A DNA stretch of 64,000 nucleotides. Source: Candidatus Poribacteria bacterium (GTDB taxonomy: Bacteria; Poribacteria; WGA-4E; JAJDTR01). Location of the stretch: contig CBDCTK010000002.1 in assembly GCA_965222225.1 (NCBI GenBank), positions 3,136,001 to 3,200,000 on the forward strand, written 5' to 3'. Positions 48,645-59,485 of this stretch are shown in pieces. The number at the start of each line of letters is the position of its first letter. Position 1 is the first letter of the stretch. Below the pieces are notes generated by a model. It ran no database searches. It worked only from the letters and a program-made list of their open reading frames with translations, and was not told the DNA's origin. A program made the translations under genes and the position numbers.

Positions 48645-49068
48645 TGTGTGGGGAATTGCTGCCATCTCCGCTGGCCTTTTTACCGCAAATCAATCATGGC
48701 AGGCCCTCGCGCCAATTCTGCAACATTGGATTGAAGATCGAGGAACAGTGAAGTGGGTAAGTGTGATTGTAATCACGCTAGTGGTTAGTATAGTAATTGA
48801 CATAGTGTTTGGGCGTGTTCAGGAAGTTCTTGATAGCGGGGTTTTAGGTTGGATAAACAGCCTCGTTGGTGGTGCGTTTGGTGTGGTAGCGAGCAGTGTG
48901 TTGCTTGCCATTGCAATCATGTTGGCGAACCGTTATGGAGACGAATCCATACAAACGATAATCAACAATTCTCGCTTTGGCCCCTCACTATTGGAAATTG
49001 GCATTCAAATCTTTGATTTTGGGAAAGAGGCTATTAAAGAACAAGCCGATAATTTGCAGAACCTGTAA
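48565..49068 (+). CDS. cvpA: CvpA-family membrane protein
   Basis: LDIAII, RAGF..S, four TM helices, LGWINSLVGGAFG and S...P; GTG 48565 after GAGGTG. Confidence 0.8.
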   Translation: MAKLDIAIIVLVTLGGVKCFRAGFTRSVWGIAAISAGLFTANQSWQALAPILQHWIEDRGTVKWVSVIVITLVVSIVIDIVFGRVQEVLDSGVLGWINSLVGGAFGVVASSVLLAIAIMLANRYGDESIQTIINNSRFGPSLLEIGIQIFDFGKEAIKEQADNLQNL

Positions 49069-49072
49069 TTAA

Positions 49073-49585
49073 TTGACCAAGAAAATGACGAACTTGGCGA
49101 ATCGCTTGGAAGATATCATCTCTCGGGAGTTTTGTTCCACCCACTGTTTTCTCCGTTCGATCGCCGTGGGAAGTTTTCTGATGTTGCTTACGATACCGAT
49201 TCAAGCCGATATCTCCAGCACGCTAAAAACAACCTTGTTGGAAAAAGCGATCGCCCAAAATCTCACCTACCAGTCGGTGTCATTCAGTAGCGCCTCCGAA
49301 TCGAAGTCGTCAGCCTCGAATCCGCAGCAACAAATCGGTTCAGCAAATGCCAGTCTGCGACTACTATTAATTCTTCCAATCCGACTGCATCGAGAAGTAA
49401 TTACACATCAAGACGGAGACGTCTGTAGTTTTCAGCCCAGTTGTTCGCGTTACGGTTTGGCAGCCATTCGACGTTACGGCTTAAAGGGGCTATTGATGGC
49501 AAGCGATCGACTATTGCGATGTCATAGTGGAAGCCACAAATACTATCCCGTGTTTCAAGGATCTGCCTATGACCCCGTACCTTGA
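49073..49585 (+). CDS. YidD/haemolytic-domain protein with an N-terminal signal-like extension
   Basis: CSFQPSCSRYG..AI.RYG..G.LM..DRLLRCH...YDPVP, preceded by hydrophobic FLMLLTIPIQA. Confidence 0.8.
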   Translation: MTKKMTNLANRLEDIISREFCSTHCFLRSIAVGSFLMLLTIPIQADISSTLKTTLLEKAIAQNLTYQSVSFSSASESKSSASNPQQQIGSANASLRLLLILPIRLHREVITHQDGDVCSFQPSCSRYGLAAIRRYGLKGLLMASDRLLRCHSGSHKYYPVFQGSAYDPVP

Positions 49586-49673
49586 AGACAGCTATCCTCG
49601 CCGATGCAAACGCCAAATTCATTTTTTTTCATAGCACGAATGTTGACCTCGCTTCCAAATCGCAAGCAAGCAA

Positions 49674-50624
49674 ATGACAAAAACGCATTGCCGCCTCGTC
49701 CCTTTGTTTCCCGCCATAATACTGTTTTTCGTTTTGCTTCCAACTGCCCATTCTCAAGAATTCAATAAAACCGAACTGCTTGATTTTGCCGATTCTCTGT
49801 TTCAAGAGGAGGATTATCTCAACGCGGCGCACGAATATAGGCGCTATCTCTTTTTATTTCCTAAAGAGGAAAATAGCGATTATGTCCAATTTAGTCTCGC
49901 CGCCTCCTATCAGAACGCGGGCAGGTTGGCATCGGCGATTCAAGCCTACCAGCTCTTGATTGACGCATACCCGCACAGCCCCGTAATGCAGCGTGCACAA
50001 TCCAATATCGCCCAATGCCAGCTCTTGGAGGGAAATAAAGACTTGGCGATTCGATCGTTACAACAGTTCTTATCAAGATATCCCGAGAGCGATTTGGCAC
50101 CGCGAGCGCAGTTTATGATTGCAACCGTGCAAATGGAGGGCAAAGATTGGGAAAAAGCATCAAAGACATGGGAACAGATTGCCGTCAAATACCCCGATAC
50201 GCAGTTCGCAGAGGCAAGCCATCGGCTCACACGTATGGTAAGAAGCCGCAAGTTGATGTCTAAGCATTCTCCTACTTTCAGTGGCGTGCTCTCGGCGGCA
50301 ATTCCGGGACTTGGACAAGCGTATAGTGGTCGTTTTTCAGATGGCATTCAATCGCTGCTCGTTGTTGGCGTTATAGGGGCAGGAACGGCATACTACATCA
50401 ATCGGGAGCAATACGAAGTAGCCGTCCCGGTGGGGCTGCTGGGGCTATTTTTCTATGCGGGCAATGTTTATGGAGGCATGCGAGCTGCAAAGACCTTTAA
50501 TAGTCGCCAGGAAGACAAGTTCCTTAACGGTTTACGAGATGAAATCTACAAGTCAGGTCTTTTCGGCATGTCACAACCTGAATCTACGGATGTTTCATTT
50601 GTGTTATTGCGTGCCCGCTTCTGA
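49674..50624 (+). CDS. Secreted BamD/YfiO-like TPR protein with C-terminal membrane segments
   Basis: Signal peptide ending AHS; repeated YP.S/FP TPR turns; LSAAIPGLGQAYSG and FYAGNVYGG. Confidence 0.8.
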   Translation: MTKTHCRLVPLFPAIILFFVLLPTAHSQEFNKTELLDFADSLFQEEDYLNAAHEYRRYLFLFPKEENSDYVQFSLAASYQNAGRLASAIQAYQLLIDAYPHSPVMQRAQSNIAQCQLLEGNKDLAIRSLQQFLSRYPESDLAPRAQFMIATVQMEGKDWEKASKTWEQIAVKYPDTQFAEASHRLTRMVRSRKLMSKHSPTFSGVLSAAIPGLGQAYSGRFSDGIQSLLVVGVIGAGTAYYINREQYEVAVPVGLLGLFFYAGNVYGGMRAAKTFNSRQEDKFLNGLRDEIYKSGLFGMSQPESTDVSFVLLRARF

Positions 50625-50789
50625 TGTTGAATCACCGTATCTTTGCTTGGATATCCAGTTCTTGACATCTGAATGAGGCGATTGCAATCGCTCAACGAAT
50701 TAATAGAACAACTCGCAACAGCTTGGAGACTTTAATACTAGACACATCCCACATCAAGTCAACCGAATTACCGCCTGAGAAATAGACCC

Positions 50790-51953
50790 CTAGTTGGCAT
50801 ATGGATCTGCCGCGTCTCGCAAACCGTCGCCCAAGAAGTTGAATGCGAGGACAGTAACGATAAGAAACAGACCAGGAATCATGAACCACGGAGTTTGAGA
50901 GATGATTCGGAAATGCTGCGCTTCACTCAAGAGCACACCCCAACTAATTGCCGGCGCCTGCAATCCAAGACCTAGAAAACTCAATGTGGTTTCACCAAGT
51001 ATCATCCCGGGAACGCTTAGCGTGGTCGCTGCAATGATGTGACTGTAAAACGAGGGCAGCATGTGGGAGAAAATAAGCCTCCCCGTGCTCGCGCCGCCCA
51101 ACTCTGCTGCCCGCACAAAGTCCTCCTCTCGCAGAGACATGAACTTTCCTCTTACCTCGCGGGCAAGGTCCGCCCACCCGACGATGGAAAGCACAACCGT
51201 AATGGCTAGAAACCGTTGGGATATAGACCAGTGGTCGGGAAGAGCGACACTCAATGCAAGCCATAGTGGAAGAGTTGGTATGCTCCGCAGTGTCTCAATA
51301 AGGCGCTGTATCAGAAGGTCCGGAGTCCCACCGAAATAGCCCGATATCCCCCCGAGAAGGATTCCCAACAGGAGTGCCAAGAAAACGCCCAAGAGACCGA
51401 TGGTTAGAGAGAGTCTCGCACCGAAGATTGTCCTAGAGAAGAGATCGCGTCCGGCGGCGTCCCCACCAAAGGGCATGAACCTTCCGTTTTTCACCCCGAA
51501 CAGGTGTATGTCGCTCCCAATCAGCCCCCACAATTTGTAAGGATCGTCACGGACAAATAGCCGCAATCTTAATGGAGTATCTTTGTCCTCGGTGTATTGC
51601 GTCGCAAGCGTCTGCGGATCTCGTCCCTTCACAACGGGAAAAACGAAAGGTAAAGAGAGTTTTCCGTTGTAGAAGATTCTTATACGTTGCGGCGGGGCGT
51701 GGGTATATTTTGAGTCGAAACTGCGCGGATTGTAAGGGGCAACGAATTCGGCGAACATAGCGCAAAGATAGAGGAGAGCCAGCACGCCGAGTGCGATGAC
51801 TGCCATCCGGTGTTTGAGAAATCTCCATCGAATCAACTGCCACTGCGAAGCCCTGGAAAACGCGGAGGATTCCACCTTGATTTGGGGATCGAAATCATCT
51901 TCGATTAGAGATTGAGAATTTTCTCTATTCTGTTCTCTGTCATTCATAGGCAA
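50790..51953 (-). CDS. ABC transporter permease, OppC/DppC type
   Basis: WRFLKHRMA, GRDLFSR, LREEDFVRAA...GAS and ETTLSFLGLG; probable start ATG 51947. Confidence 0.92.
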   Translation of the reverse strand: MPMNDREQNRENSQSLIEDDFDPQIKVESSAFSRASQWQLIRWRFLKHRMAVIALGVLALLYLCAMFAEFVAPYNPRSFDSKYTHAPPQRIRIFYNGKLSLPFVFPVVKGRDPQTLATQYTEDKDTPLRLRLFVRDDPYKLWGLIGSDIHLFGVKNGRFMPFGGDAAGRDLFSRTIFGARLSLTIGLLGVFLALLLGILLGGISGYFGGTPDLLIQRLIETLRSIPTLPLWLALSVALPDHWSISQRFLAITVVLSIVGWADLAREVRGKFMSLREEDFVRAAELGGASTGRLIFSHMLPSFYSHIIAATTLSVPGMILGETTLSFLGLGLQAPAISWGVLLSEAQHFRIISQTPWFMIPGLFLIVTVLAFNFLGDGLRDAADPYAN

Positions 51954-51986
51954 TCCGTTTGCCTTTTAGGATACTGCAAGTCAGCT

Positions 51987-52972
51987 CTATGTACCATGCT
52001 TGATTCTCGGATCGATGATAGCTAGGAGCAGGTCAGACACTAATGTTCCGACCAGGGTAAGAACGCTCAAGATAAGCACGATGCTACCCGCCAAAAACAT
52101 GTCTTCTGTTTGAAGGGCGCGCAATAACACCGGACCAATGGTAGGAAGCCCAATAACAATTGATGTAATCACCTCTCCACTAATCAGCGCGGGCAAAACA
52201 TAGCCGATATTGCTGATGACGGGATTGATTGCCAACCGCACCGGGTATTTGAGGATAAGCCTAATCTCGGACACCCCCTTTGCCCTGGCAGTCGTGACAT
52301 ACAGTTTTTTCAATTCATCAAGCAGATTCGCGCGGACGATTCGTATTAGCCCTGCCGTACCCGCTGTTCCAATAATCACGGCGGGTATCCATAGATGATT
52401 GAGCAGGTCAAAAAATTTCCGAAACTCCACGGAGCCACGGCATATTCCGCCGAGAAAATGCCTACCAGAGCCTGCCCGGTAGCTTCAAAGTAGCCCCACA
52501 ACAGAATCAGGGCGAACATAAAGTTCGGAATGGCAAGACCGATGAATCCAACGAAAGTAAGGACGTAGTCGGCAATCGAGTATTGGCGCACCGCCGAGAG
52601 AAACCCTATGGGAAATCCAATCGAATAGACGATTATGAACGCCGAAAATGAAAAAAGGAGACTCCACGGCAGGCGATCCATGATTATCCTCGACACCGGT
52701 TGATTGTACGCCATGGATACTCCCAGGTCCCCGTGCAGGATGTTCCCGATCCATATAAGGTATTGCTGCCATAACGGTTTTCCCAATCCGTAGCGCGCTC
52801 TCAGGGCATTGATTAAATCCTCGTCAACCTGATCGCCCCGCGCTTCCATTTGTACGGCCAATGTGGTTACAAAGTCTCCCGGAGGTGCCTGAATAATAGC
52901 AAACGAGATTACCGAGATGAGAATCAGGGTTGGAATGAAATACAGGAGCCTACGGATAATGTAGCTTTGCAT
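51987..52972 (-). pseudogene. ABC transporter permease, OppB/DppB type, split by a 1-nt frameshift near 52410-52420
   Basis: The 5' ORF ends ...APWSFG and the 3' ORF continues KFFDLLNHLWIP...YVTTARAKG. One base is missing in GG-AAA-TTTTTT (minus strand), typical of a homopolymer error. Confidence 0.88.
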
Positions 52973-53118
52973 AATTCTCGATTATGAATCAAAAATTGTT
53001 GATTATAGATTAACAATCCCTTTGTTTTCCAAAGATTGCCATCGCCTAGAAAAGCGACAATTAGCCACAAGAGAAGAGGAACATCAAGGGTTGGGGACAT
53101 CTAGAAGTTAAGCTGCAG

Positions 53119-54120
53119 TTAATCCGCGAAATGGCAGGCAATAAGATGCGAATCTTTCGTGTCCGTTGTCTTGGTCTCAAGCGTTGGTGTTTCGTCGTGA
53201 CAGATTTGGGCGGCGTATGGACAACGGTGGGCAAACACGCACCCACTGCCCCTTTCCGACGGTTTTCCCACCTCTCCACTCAACTTCGGCTTCCACGGTT
53301 TGTGGGGGTCTGGCACAGGCAGTGCCGCCATCAAGCTAGTCGTATAGGGATGCATCGGCTGTGAGAATAACTCCTCCGTATCCGCCTCTTCGACAATCGA
53401 TCCCATATACATCACAGCCACCCGATCACATATATGTTGGACTACACTCAAATCGTGCGCGATAAACAGGTAACTCAACCCTAGCTCATCCCTGAGATCG
53501 CTCAAGAGGTTGAGGATTTGCGCTTGGACAGACACATCAAGCGCGGACACCGGCTCATCTGCGATGACCAGCGAAGGGCTTAGCGCCAGTGCTCGGGCAA
53601 TCCCAATCCGTTGCCTTTGCCCGCCGCTGAAAGCGTGGGGATACCTCGGCATAAAACTTGGGTCAAGCCCCACCATGGTAAGCAATTCCGTCACGCGTGA
53701 TTCGCGTTCGTCGCGCTTCACGCCGAAGTTGAGGAGGGGATCAGCCACAATATCCAATACTGTCTTGCGGGGGTTGAGCGAAGCGTATGGATCTTGAAAC
53801 ACGACGCCCATGTGCCGACGGATCTGTTTTAATCGAACTTTCTCAAGCGTCGCCATATCCACGACTTCGCCGTTGCTACTCCTGAAGAGAATCTCCCCGG
53901 CAGTGGCTTCATGCAGTCGTAGGATCGTCCATGCCGTAGTCGTCTTGCCACACCCACTCTCTCCCACGAGCCCCATGGTCTGTCCCTTGCGCACCGAAAA
54001 ACATACGTCGTCAACCGCACGGACATAACCGGCAACCCGCCGAAGGAAGCCCGTCTCGATGGGGAAGTATTTCTTAAGATGAAGGACATCCAAGATAACC
54101 TCGTTAGGGTTGTTGGCCAA
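53119..54120 (-). CDS. ABC transporter ATPase, OppF/DppF type
   Basis: [24 protein letters not shown] and HPYT; start set to TTG 54120 after AGGAG. Confidence 0.92.
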   Translation of the reverse strand: MANNPNEVILDVLHLKKYFPIETGFLRRVAGYVRAVDDVCFSVRKGQTMGLVGESGCGKTTTAWTILRLHEATAGEILFRSSNGEVVDMATLEKVRLKQIRRHMGVVFQDPYASLNPRKTVLDIVADPLLNFGVKRDERESRVTELLTMVGLDPSFMPRYPHAFSGGQRQRIGIARALALSPSLVIADEPVSALDVSVQAQILNLLSDLRDELGLSYLFIAHDLSVVQHICDRVAVMYMGSIVEEADTEELFSQPMHPYTTSLMAALPVPDPHKPWKPKLSGEVGKPSERGSGCVFAHRCPYAAQICHDETPTLETKTTDTKDSHLIACHFAD

Positions 54121-55168
54121 TGTCAGGCTCTCCTGTATTCGGTTCTGTCTCCCTATGGCGTGAGTAGAGAAAGCAGCCGGCAAAATGATCTGCTTCAACT
54201 TCTTCCAGAGCGGGGTGCTCCCGAAGACATATTTCTCCGATGATCTCACGACAACGCGGGTGGAACGCGCATCCGGATGGCAGGCGAGATGCGTCCGGCA
54301 CGTTTCCTTGGATAGTGGCAAGCCTCTTTTCCGGTCTGTTCAGCTTGGGGATTGACCGAATGAGATCGCGAGTGTATGGGTGTTTCGGACTGTCGAATAT
54401 TTCGACCACCGGCCCTTTCTCGACGATGCGGCCAAGATACATCACGTAAACAAAGTCCGCCATGTGTGCGATGACGCCGAGATCATGCGTAATCAGGACA
54501 AGAGCAAGACCTAGCTCTTGCTGCATCTTCTTGATGAGCATTAACACCTGTGCTTGAATGGTCACATCAAGAGCGGTCGTAGGTTCGTCGGCAATAAGCA
54601 CCTTCGGATTGCAGGCTAAAGCCATGGCAATCATCGCCCGCTGCCTCATACCTCCGCTGAGCTGAAACGGGTAAGCGTCTATCGTCCGCTCCGGATTTGA
54701 AATGCCCACCATGCTGAGGTACTCGATAATCTTCTCTCTGACTTTTTTGTCCTTGGGAGGTTGGTGCAGCAGAATCCCTTCCGCGATCTGGTCCTTAATC
54801 GTGTGGACAGGACTGAAAGATGCCATCGGTTCTTGGAATATCATGGCTATTTCGCCACCCCTCAGCCTCCTCATCTTTCGACTTCGCGGGTTAAGTTTCG
54901 TTATGTCGATAACGTTCCCGTTACCCTCGCGGTACCTCACTTCACCGGATACGATTTTTCCGTTCGAGGGAAGTATATTCAGCAGCGAATACGATGTGAC
55001 CGTCTTGCCACAGCCGCTCTCCCCAACAATCCCGACTGCCTCGCCCTTATGCACGCGAATATCCACGCCGTTCACGGCTTTGACCGTTTCGTCGTCTTGA
55101 GAGAATGTGACGTGGAGATCTTTTATGTCTATGAGCCACTCTCTGTCTGAATTGTTATCTGCATTCAT
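54104..55168 (-). CDS. ABC transporter ATPase, OppD/DppD type
   Basis: [24 protein letters not shown] and GCAFHPRC; probable ATG 55168. Confidence 0.92.
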   Translation of the reverse strand: MNADNNSDREWLIDIKDLHVTFSQDDETVKAVNGVDIRVHKGEAVGIVGESGCGKTVTSYSLLNILPSNGKIVSGEVRYREGNGNVIDITKLNPRSRKMRRLRGGEIAMIFQEPMASFSPVHTIKDQIAEGILLHQPPKDKKVREKIIEYLSMVGISNPERTIDAYPFQLSGGMRQRAMIAMALACNPKVLIADEPTTALDVTIQAQVLMLIKKMQQELGLALVLITHDLGVIAHMADFVYVMYLGRIVEKGPVVEIFDSPKHPYTRDLIRSIPKLNRPEKRLATIQGNVPDASRLPSGCAFHPRCREIIGEICLREHPALEEVEADHFAGCFLYSRHRETEPNTGEPDIGQQP

Positions 55169-55176
55169 ATTGATAA

Positions 55177-57297
55177 CTACCTTTTGCCGATCGACCACGT
55201 TTCCGGTTTGCCGTAGGTGTAGTCCCCGGGTAAAGGAAGTGGAACGTTGTACATCCTGTTGTGAACGATTATGTTTCGTGTAGGCGAAATGGAAGCAATT
55301 TTCAGCACCACTAAGAACCAGAGGTTCTCGGCGTGAATGGCAAGCATCTCGTTTTCCAGTGCAATTCTCGCTTGTTCTTCTGTTTCAAGCAAAAACTTTC
55401 GGTACAACTCGTAGAGACGTTTGAAATCATCGGGAGGCTCGTTACCTTCAGCCCCATCGGAATGCACCCATTGCGTCCAACGCGGAGATGCCTGGTTCCA
55501 CGAAGCTGGACTGCTTGGCACCATCGTGCTCCTAACGCCAGGGCGGGTTGGGCGCACCCCGCCGCCAAAGGTGCCGCCGCCTGTGAACATGTCAAATTTA
55601 TTGGCAGCCACCCGCTCGATAATGAATGCCGTTTCTCGCGGATTAATAGAGATGTCAATACCGACAGCCTTCCAATCCTGCTGAAGCATCTCCAACATGG
55701 GAACATCAGACACGCGCAGATCAGTGCGTGCCATGAGAACGAACTGGGCTGGCGAGCCGTCCGGAAGTAACCTTGTTTCCCGATTCGCGTCCCACTTCAA
55801 ACCCATTTCGTCCAGCAGCTGATTTGCTAAACCGGGTGTGTGTCGTGTGTAGGCGATGAACTTCTCCGCCTCTCCGTGATATGGGGGACCATCCGCCGGC
55901 GCAGCATTGGAAACGATCATAAGCCCATCTCTGAAAACTTCGTTCATTTCGTCCCGATCCATGGCTACCGAAAGCGCAACGCGGAAGCGCCTGTCTAGGA
56001 AGACTTCACGTACGGCGGAATTTCCATGGGTCAAATTAAAGAAGATTGTCGTGATGAACCCCGGACTGCCGAACGCGGGTGTAGTACGATAGTCCCCAAC
56101 ATCTTCGTTTATTCGGAAATGTGACGGGTTGTCACAGCAAGCAAATTCCACGTCCACGTCGCCAGCGAATATTTTGAGGTATCCAGTCTCCAGATCGTTT
56201 ACAAGGAAGTTCTGTACGCCATCAAGATACGGAAGCTGGTTTCCGTCCGGGTCGACTTTGAAGTAGTACGGATTTCTCTCAAGCACCCAGACGAGAGAAC
56301 CCCTCTCGTTTGTCGCCATCCACGGAGAAATCGTCGGCGCTCCCGGATGACTAATTCCCAAAACTCCGGTGCTCCACACGTCCATTTTGGCGGTGAACAA
56401 TTTTTCCCAAGACGCAAACCCCTCCGCCTTCAACGTGTGTTTCAGTGCCTCCGGAGTAGTGTAATCCGGATGGAACTGTCCCATGTAATGCTCGGGAAGG
56501 TACGGATGGAATTGAAAGCGACCCACCTTATCAAGAAACAGCGGATTGGTTCGGTTGAACGTAATCCGAATCGTATAATCGTCAATTTTCTCAATGACCC
56601 CCATCTCGCCATCCGAACTCTTCAAGCTGGAAATGCCGCTCGGATTGAGTGTCTCATTCAGCGCAAACGCCTCGTACCAGAAGATGACCGCATCGGCATG
56701 GAACGGCATCCCGTCACTCCATTTCATGCCTTCCCGCATGAAGAAGGTATACATTGTGGAGTCGTCGCTAACATCCCATCCCTTGAACACATTGGGTTCG
56801 AGGCTTTGTACGTCCGAAGAATAGTTGACCGGATGCGTGACCATGGCGTCCCACAATTTGTTTGAGGTCGGCCCCGGCAGGTATATCTTGCGCCAGAAAC
56901 CGCCATACTCCCCAATGCCCTCTACGGGGACACAAACCAACGGCTCCACCGGCAGCCTTTCTTCAACAGGCGGTAGTTCTCCCGCCGCAACTTTTGCACG
57001 CAGAGTTGGCGCTTCGTTGTATCGCGTGATTGCATTTCCCGTCTCCGCCTCATAGTCTGCAGGCGTGGCGTACACGCCCACAATTGGCACCTCTCCGGCA
57101 ATGACAAGGTCTCGTAGCATTTCGAAGCGATCTTGCGGACCAATCCCGTCTCCGTACGAGAACGCTAACGGAAACAGTATCAAAATCACTCGGAGAATGG
57201 TTAAGCGTCGCTGTAAGGATGCTCGATAGCGATTCCATCTTAATCTGGTAATTGAGATCGTCGGAATTAATACCATTTCTCTGTATTTGAAGTGCAT
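55177..57297 (-). CDS. ABC transporter substrate-binding protein, family 5 (possibly oligosaccharide-binding)
   Basis: EAP.L...V.AGELPPVEERLP.EP, REGMKWSDG.PF and RNPYYFKVD..GNQLPYLD; exact start uncertain. Confidence 0.9.
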   Translation of the reverse strand: MHFKYREMVLIPTISITRLRWNRYRASLQRRLTILRVILILFPLAFSYGDGIGPQDRFEMLRDLVIAGEVPIVGVYATPADYEAETGNAITRYNEAPTLRAKVAAGELPPVEERLPVEPLVCVPVEGIGEYGGFWRKIYLPGPTSNKLWDAMVTHPVNYSSDVQSLEPNVFKGWDVSDDSTMYTFFMREGMKWSDGMPFHADAVIFWYEAFALNETLNPSGISSLKSSDGEMGVIEKIDDYTIRITFNRTNPLFLDKVGRFQFHPYLPEHYMGQFHPDYTTPEALKHTLKAEGFASWEKLFTAKMDVWSTGVLGISHPGAPTISPWMATNERGSLVWVLERNPYYFKVDPDGNQLPYLDGVQNFLVNDLETGYLKIFAGDVDVEFACCDNPSHFRINEDVGDYRTTPAFGSPGFITTIFFNLTHGNSAVREVFLDRRFRVALSVAMDRDEMNEVFRDGLMIVSNAAPADGPPYHGEAEKFIAYTRHTPGLANQLLDEMGLKWDANRETRLLPDGSPAQFVLMARTDLRVSDVPMLEMLQQDWKAVGIDISINPRETAFIIERVAANKFDMFTGGGTFGGGVRPTRPGVRSTMVPSSPASWNQASPRWTQWVHSDGAEGNEPPDDFKRLYELYRKFLLETEEQARIALENEMLAIHAENLWFLVVLKIASISPTRNIIVHNRMYNVPLPLPGDYTYGKPETWSIGKR

Positions 57298-57352
57298 TGA
57301 TAGCGTTGCTCAAATCTTGCCAATGCGGGGCAAGGAGATCTCTATGGGAGCT

Positions 57353-57424
57353 CTATCGCAGTCATTATCCATTCCTTTGATCGGTCGTTATTCACTCCCT
57401 TGATCCTCGCCTACGGGTTTGGTG
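57353..57424. repeat. Modular TTGATC-unit intergenic repeat, copy A
   Basis: CTATCGCAGTCATT...TTGATC...TTGATCCTCGCCTACGGGTTTGGTG; matches 61102-61185 and 63021-63075. Confidence 0.8.
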
Positions 57425-57728
57425 TACGGGGTAATTTGGCATTGGTCATTTCATAACAGTAAATTGAAAGACCTCATACGCAATATTATTCAAGCGACAT
57501 GGTATAGCCTGTGATTCTGCCTCATGTTTGTCACCAATTCAAACTACAGCGCAAGTCCGAATCTGGCAATTCCCCCAGCGGTCAAGCAATACGTTAATCG
57601 ACTGTTTGATGCTCGTTGGGGGGAAAGTTCTAAAGCTATAGTCATGTGCATTTATATTTACATATATGAGCGTTGATTGACTCGATTTAGCTCACAATCT
57701 CCCGGTTTGCAACATTTCCCATTGAGCG

Positions 57729-57752
57729 GGTCGGGCTGGAAGCCCGACCTAC
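57729..57752. repeat. REP-like hairpin
   Basis: GGTCGGGCT-GGA-AGCCCGACC followed by TAC. Confidence 0.6.
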
Positions 57753-57954
57753 GGGAATGAGTGAGAATTTGGGTATGTTAATAAACACATGTGTAATTCT
57801 TAGCCGCAATGACTATAATCGGCGATTTGACACTCGCCAACCTGCCCCGGTGCCAAACACAACTCCGTTTTGGAAGGGGAGGTTGTAATCGGCAAAAGGA
57901 AGAAGGGAATCGTCTTTCGCTTTCGTTTCGGAGCATCATCCTTGCAGTTACCAC

Positions 57955-59217
57955 CTATTTTCTTTCCTTAATTGCCCCGTAGATGACGGACCTGAGCGAT
58001 TTGCCGAGTTGCTGCATCGGAAGCTGTTGGCTTAGGACGACCACGGCTAGAGCGTCGCGAGGCGAGATCCAGAACTCGGTGCCGGCTCCACCGTACCACT
58101 CGTACTCCCCGACAGGCGAGGGATTCGTGTTGATTCTCCTGACGCGAACCGCGAAACCCAAACCAAAGCCTCGACCCTCCGGCTTACGGTTAATTGGCAA
58201 CAACCCTACCGGAAGTTGATTGCGCGTCATCATCTCTACAGTTTCCGCTTTCAGCAGCCGCACCCCATCAAGAAACCCATCGCCTGTTAGCATCAAGCAG
58301 AAACGCATGAAATCAGTCGCCGTCGAGACCAGTCCTCCTCCACCAGATAGAAACTTCGGCTGAGTCATAAAACTCGTCTCGGAGATGTTGCCGGATCCGC
58401 CTTCCGCAGCATCAATAGTCTCCAAGCCACCATTCGGTGCTGGTCCATACATACGGGCAAACCTGTCGATTTTCTCAGGTGGTACGTAGAAACCGGTATC
58501 CTTCATGTGCAATGGCTGGAATATCCTTTCGGCTAGGAACTTGTCGAAAGCCAGACCGGAAATGACCTCTATCAGTCGACCTAGGACATCCGCCGCAATG
58601 CTGTAGTGCCACCGCGTACCCGGCTGGTATAGCAAGGGAACAGTACCGAGTCTCTCGACCACCTCCTGTAAGTTGCACTCGCTCAAGCGCTGCAGACCCG
58701 CTTCCCGATAGAGCACTTCAATAGGAAACTTCTCACCCAGGTATCGGCTAGAGCCGGGCAGCCCGGAAGTGTGACGAAACAAGTCGAAGACGGACATGTC
58801 TCGTATCGGGTCAACCAGTACGAGCTCTTCGGCGTCAGGGTCGACCGCCACCCTTAATCCACCCAACTCCGGAATGTAATCCGAAACCGGGGCATGGAGA
58901 CTTAGCGATCCCTCCTCATAGAGCATCATCGCCGCCACCGCAGCGACCGGCTTGGTCATGGAATAGATGCGGAAAATCGTGTCCGTCGGCATCGGCGCCC
59001 GCACCTCGCGATGCCTCATGCCGTATGCTTCAAAGTGGACAACCCTGCCGCGCCGTGCCACAATCGCGACTGCCCCCGCGATTTTCTCCTCATCAATAAA
59101 TTTCTGTATGGTTGAGGAGATACGTTGGAGGTTTTCCGCCGACAGCCCCACCGACTCCGGATCAGCCGTCCAGCCGGCGCTGAATGTATGCTCCTCGTTC
59201 TGTGCTTGCACTACCAC
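57955..59217 (-). CDS. Serine hydrolase, beta-lactamase class C/esterase family
   Basis: FRIYSMTK (SxxK), HTSGL, PGTRWHYS, GGGGLVST..D and W.G.AGT.FW. Confidence 0.92.
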   Translation of the reverse strand: MVVQAQNEEHTFSAGWTADPESVGLSAENLQRISSTIQKFIDEEKIAGAVAIVARRGRVVHFEAYGMRHREVRAPMPTDTIFRIYSMTKPVAAVAAMMLYEEGSLSLHAPVSDYIPELGGLRVAVDPDAEELVLVDPIRDMSVFDLFRHTSGLPGSSRYLGEKFPIEVLYREAGLQRLSECNLQEVVERLGTVPLLYQPGTRWHYSIAADVLGRLIEVISGLAFDKFLAERIFQPLHMKDTGFYVPPEKIDRFARMYGPAPNGGLETIDAAEGGSGNISETSFMTQPKFLSGGGGLVSTATDFMRFCLMLTGDGFLDGVRLLKAETVEMMTRNQLPVGLLPINRKPEGRGFGLGFAVRVRRINTNPSPVGEYEWYGGAGTEFWISPRDALAVVVLSQQLPMQQLGKSLRSVIYGAIKERK

Positions 59218-59266
59218 TCAAACCTCCCTGCCGTAGTCATTCTCATTTATATTAGTACATGTTTAG

Positions 59267-59293
59267 GTAGGTGCGGTTTCCGACCTCACCTAC
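59267..59293. repeat. REP-like hairpin
   Basis: GTAGGTGCGGTTTCCGACCTCACCTAC, a reverse-orientation relative of 6017-6040. Confidence 0.7.
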
Positions 59294-59485
59294 GGGATGG
59301 GATAAATAGCGATTCGGTTAGGATACCGAATTTACCGCAGTGTATAGACAATTGCTGGTTTTACTATAATAAACCCTTGGGTAGTTGGCCGGACGAGAAT
59401 AAAGCCGAGCCGAATGAAACAGTATGCGAAAATCTCGGAGCAATCGCCCGTTATAGATTGACGGTCATCAACGATATCGTGAAGA

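Noticed and set aside
57955-59217. Antibiotic-resistance beta-lactamase
   Set aside because: The motifs fit the broad esterase-like serine hydrolase family; resistance cannot be inferred.
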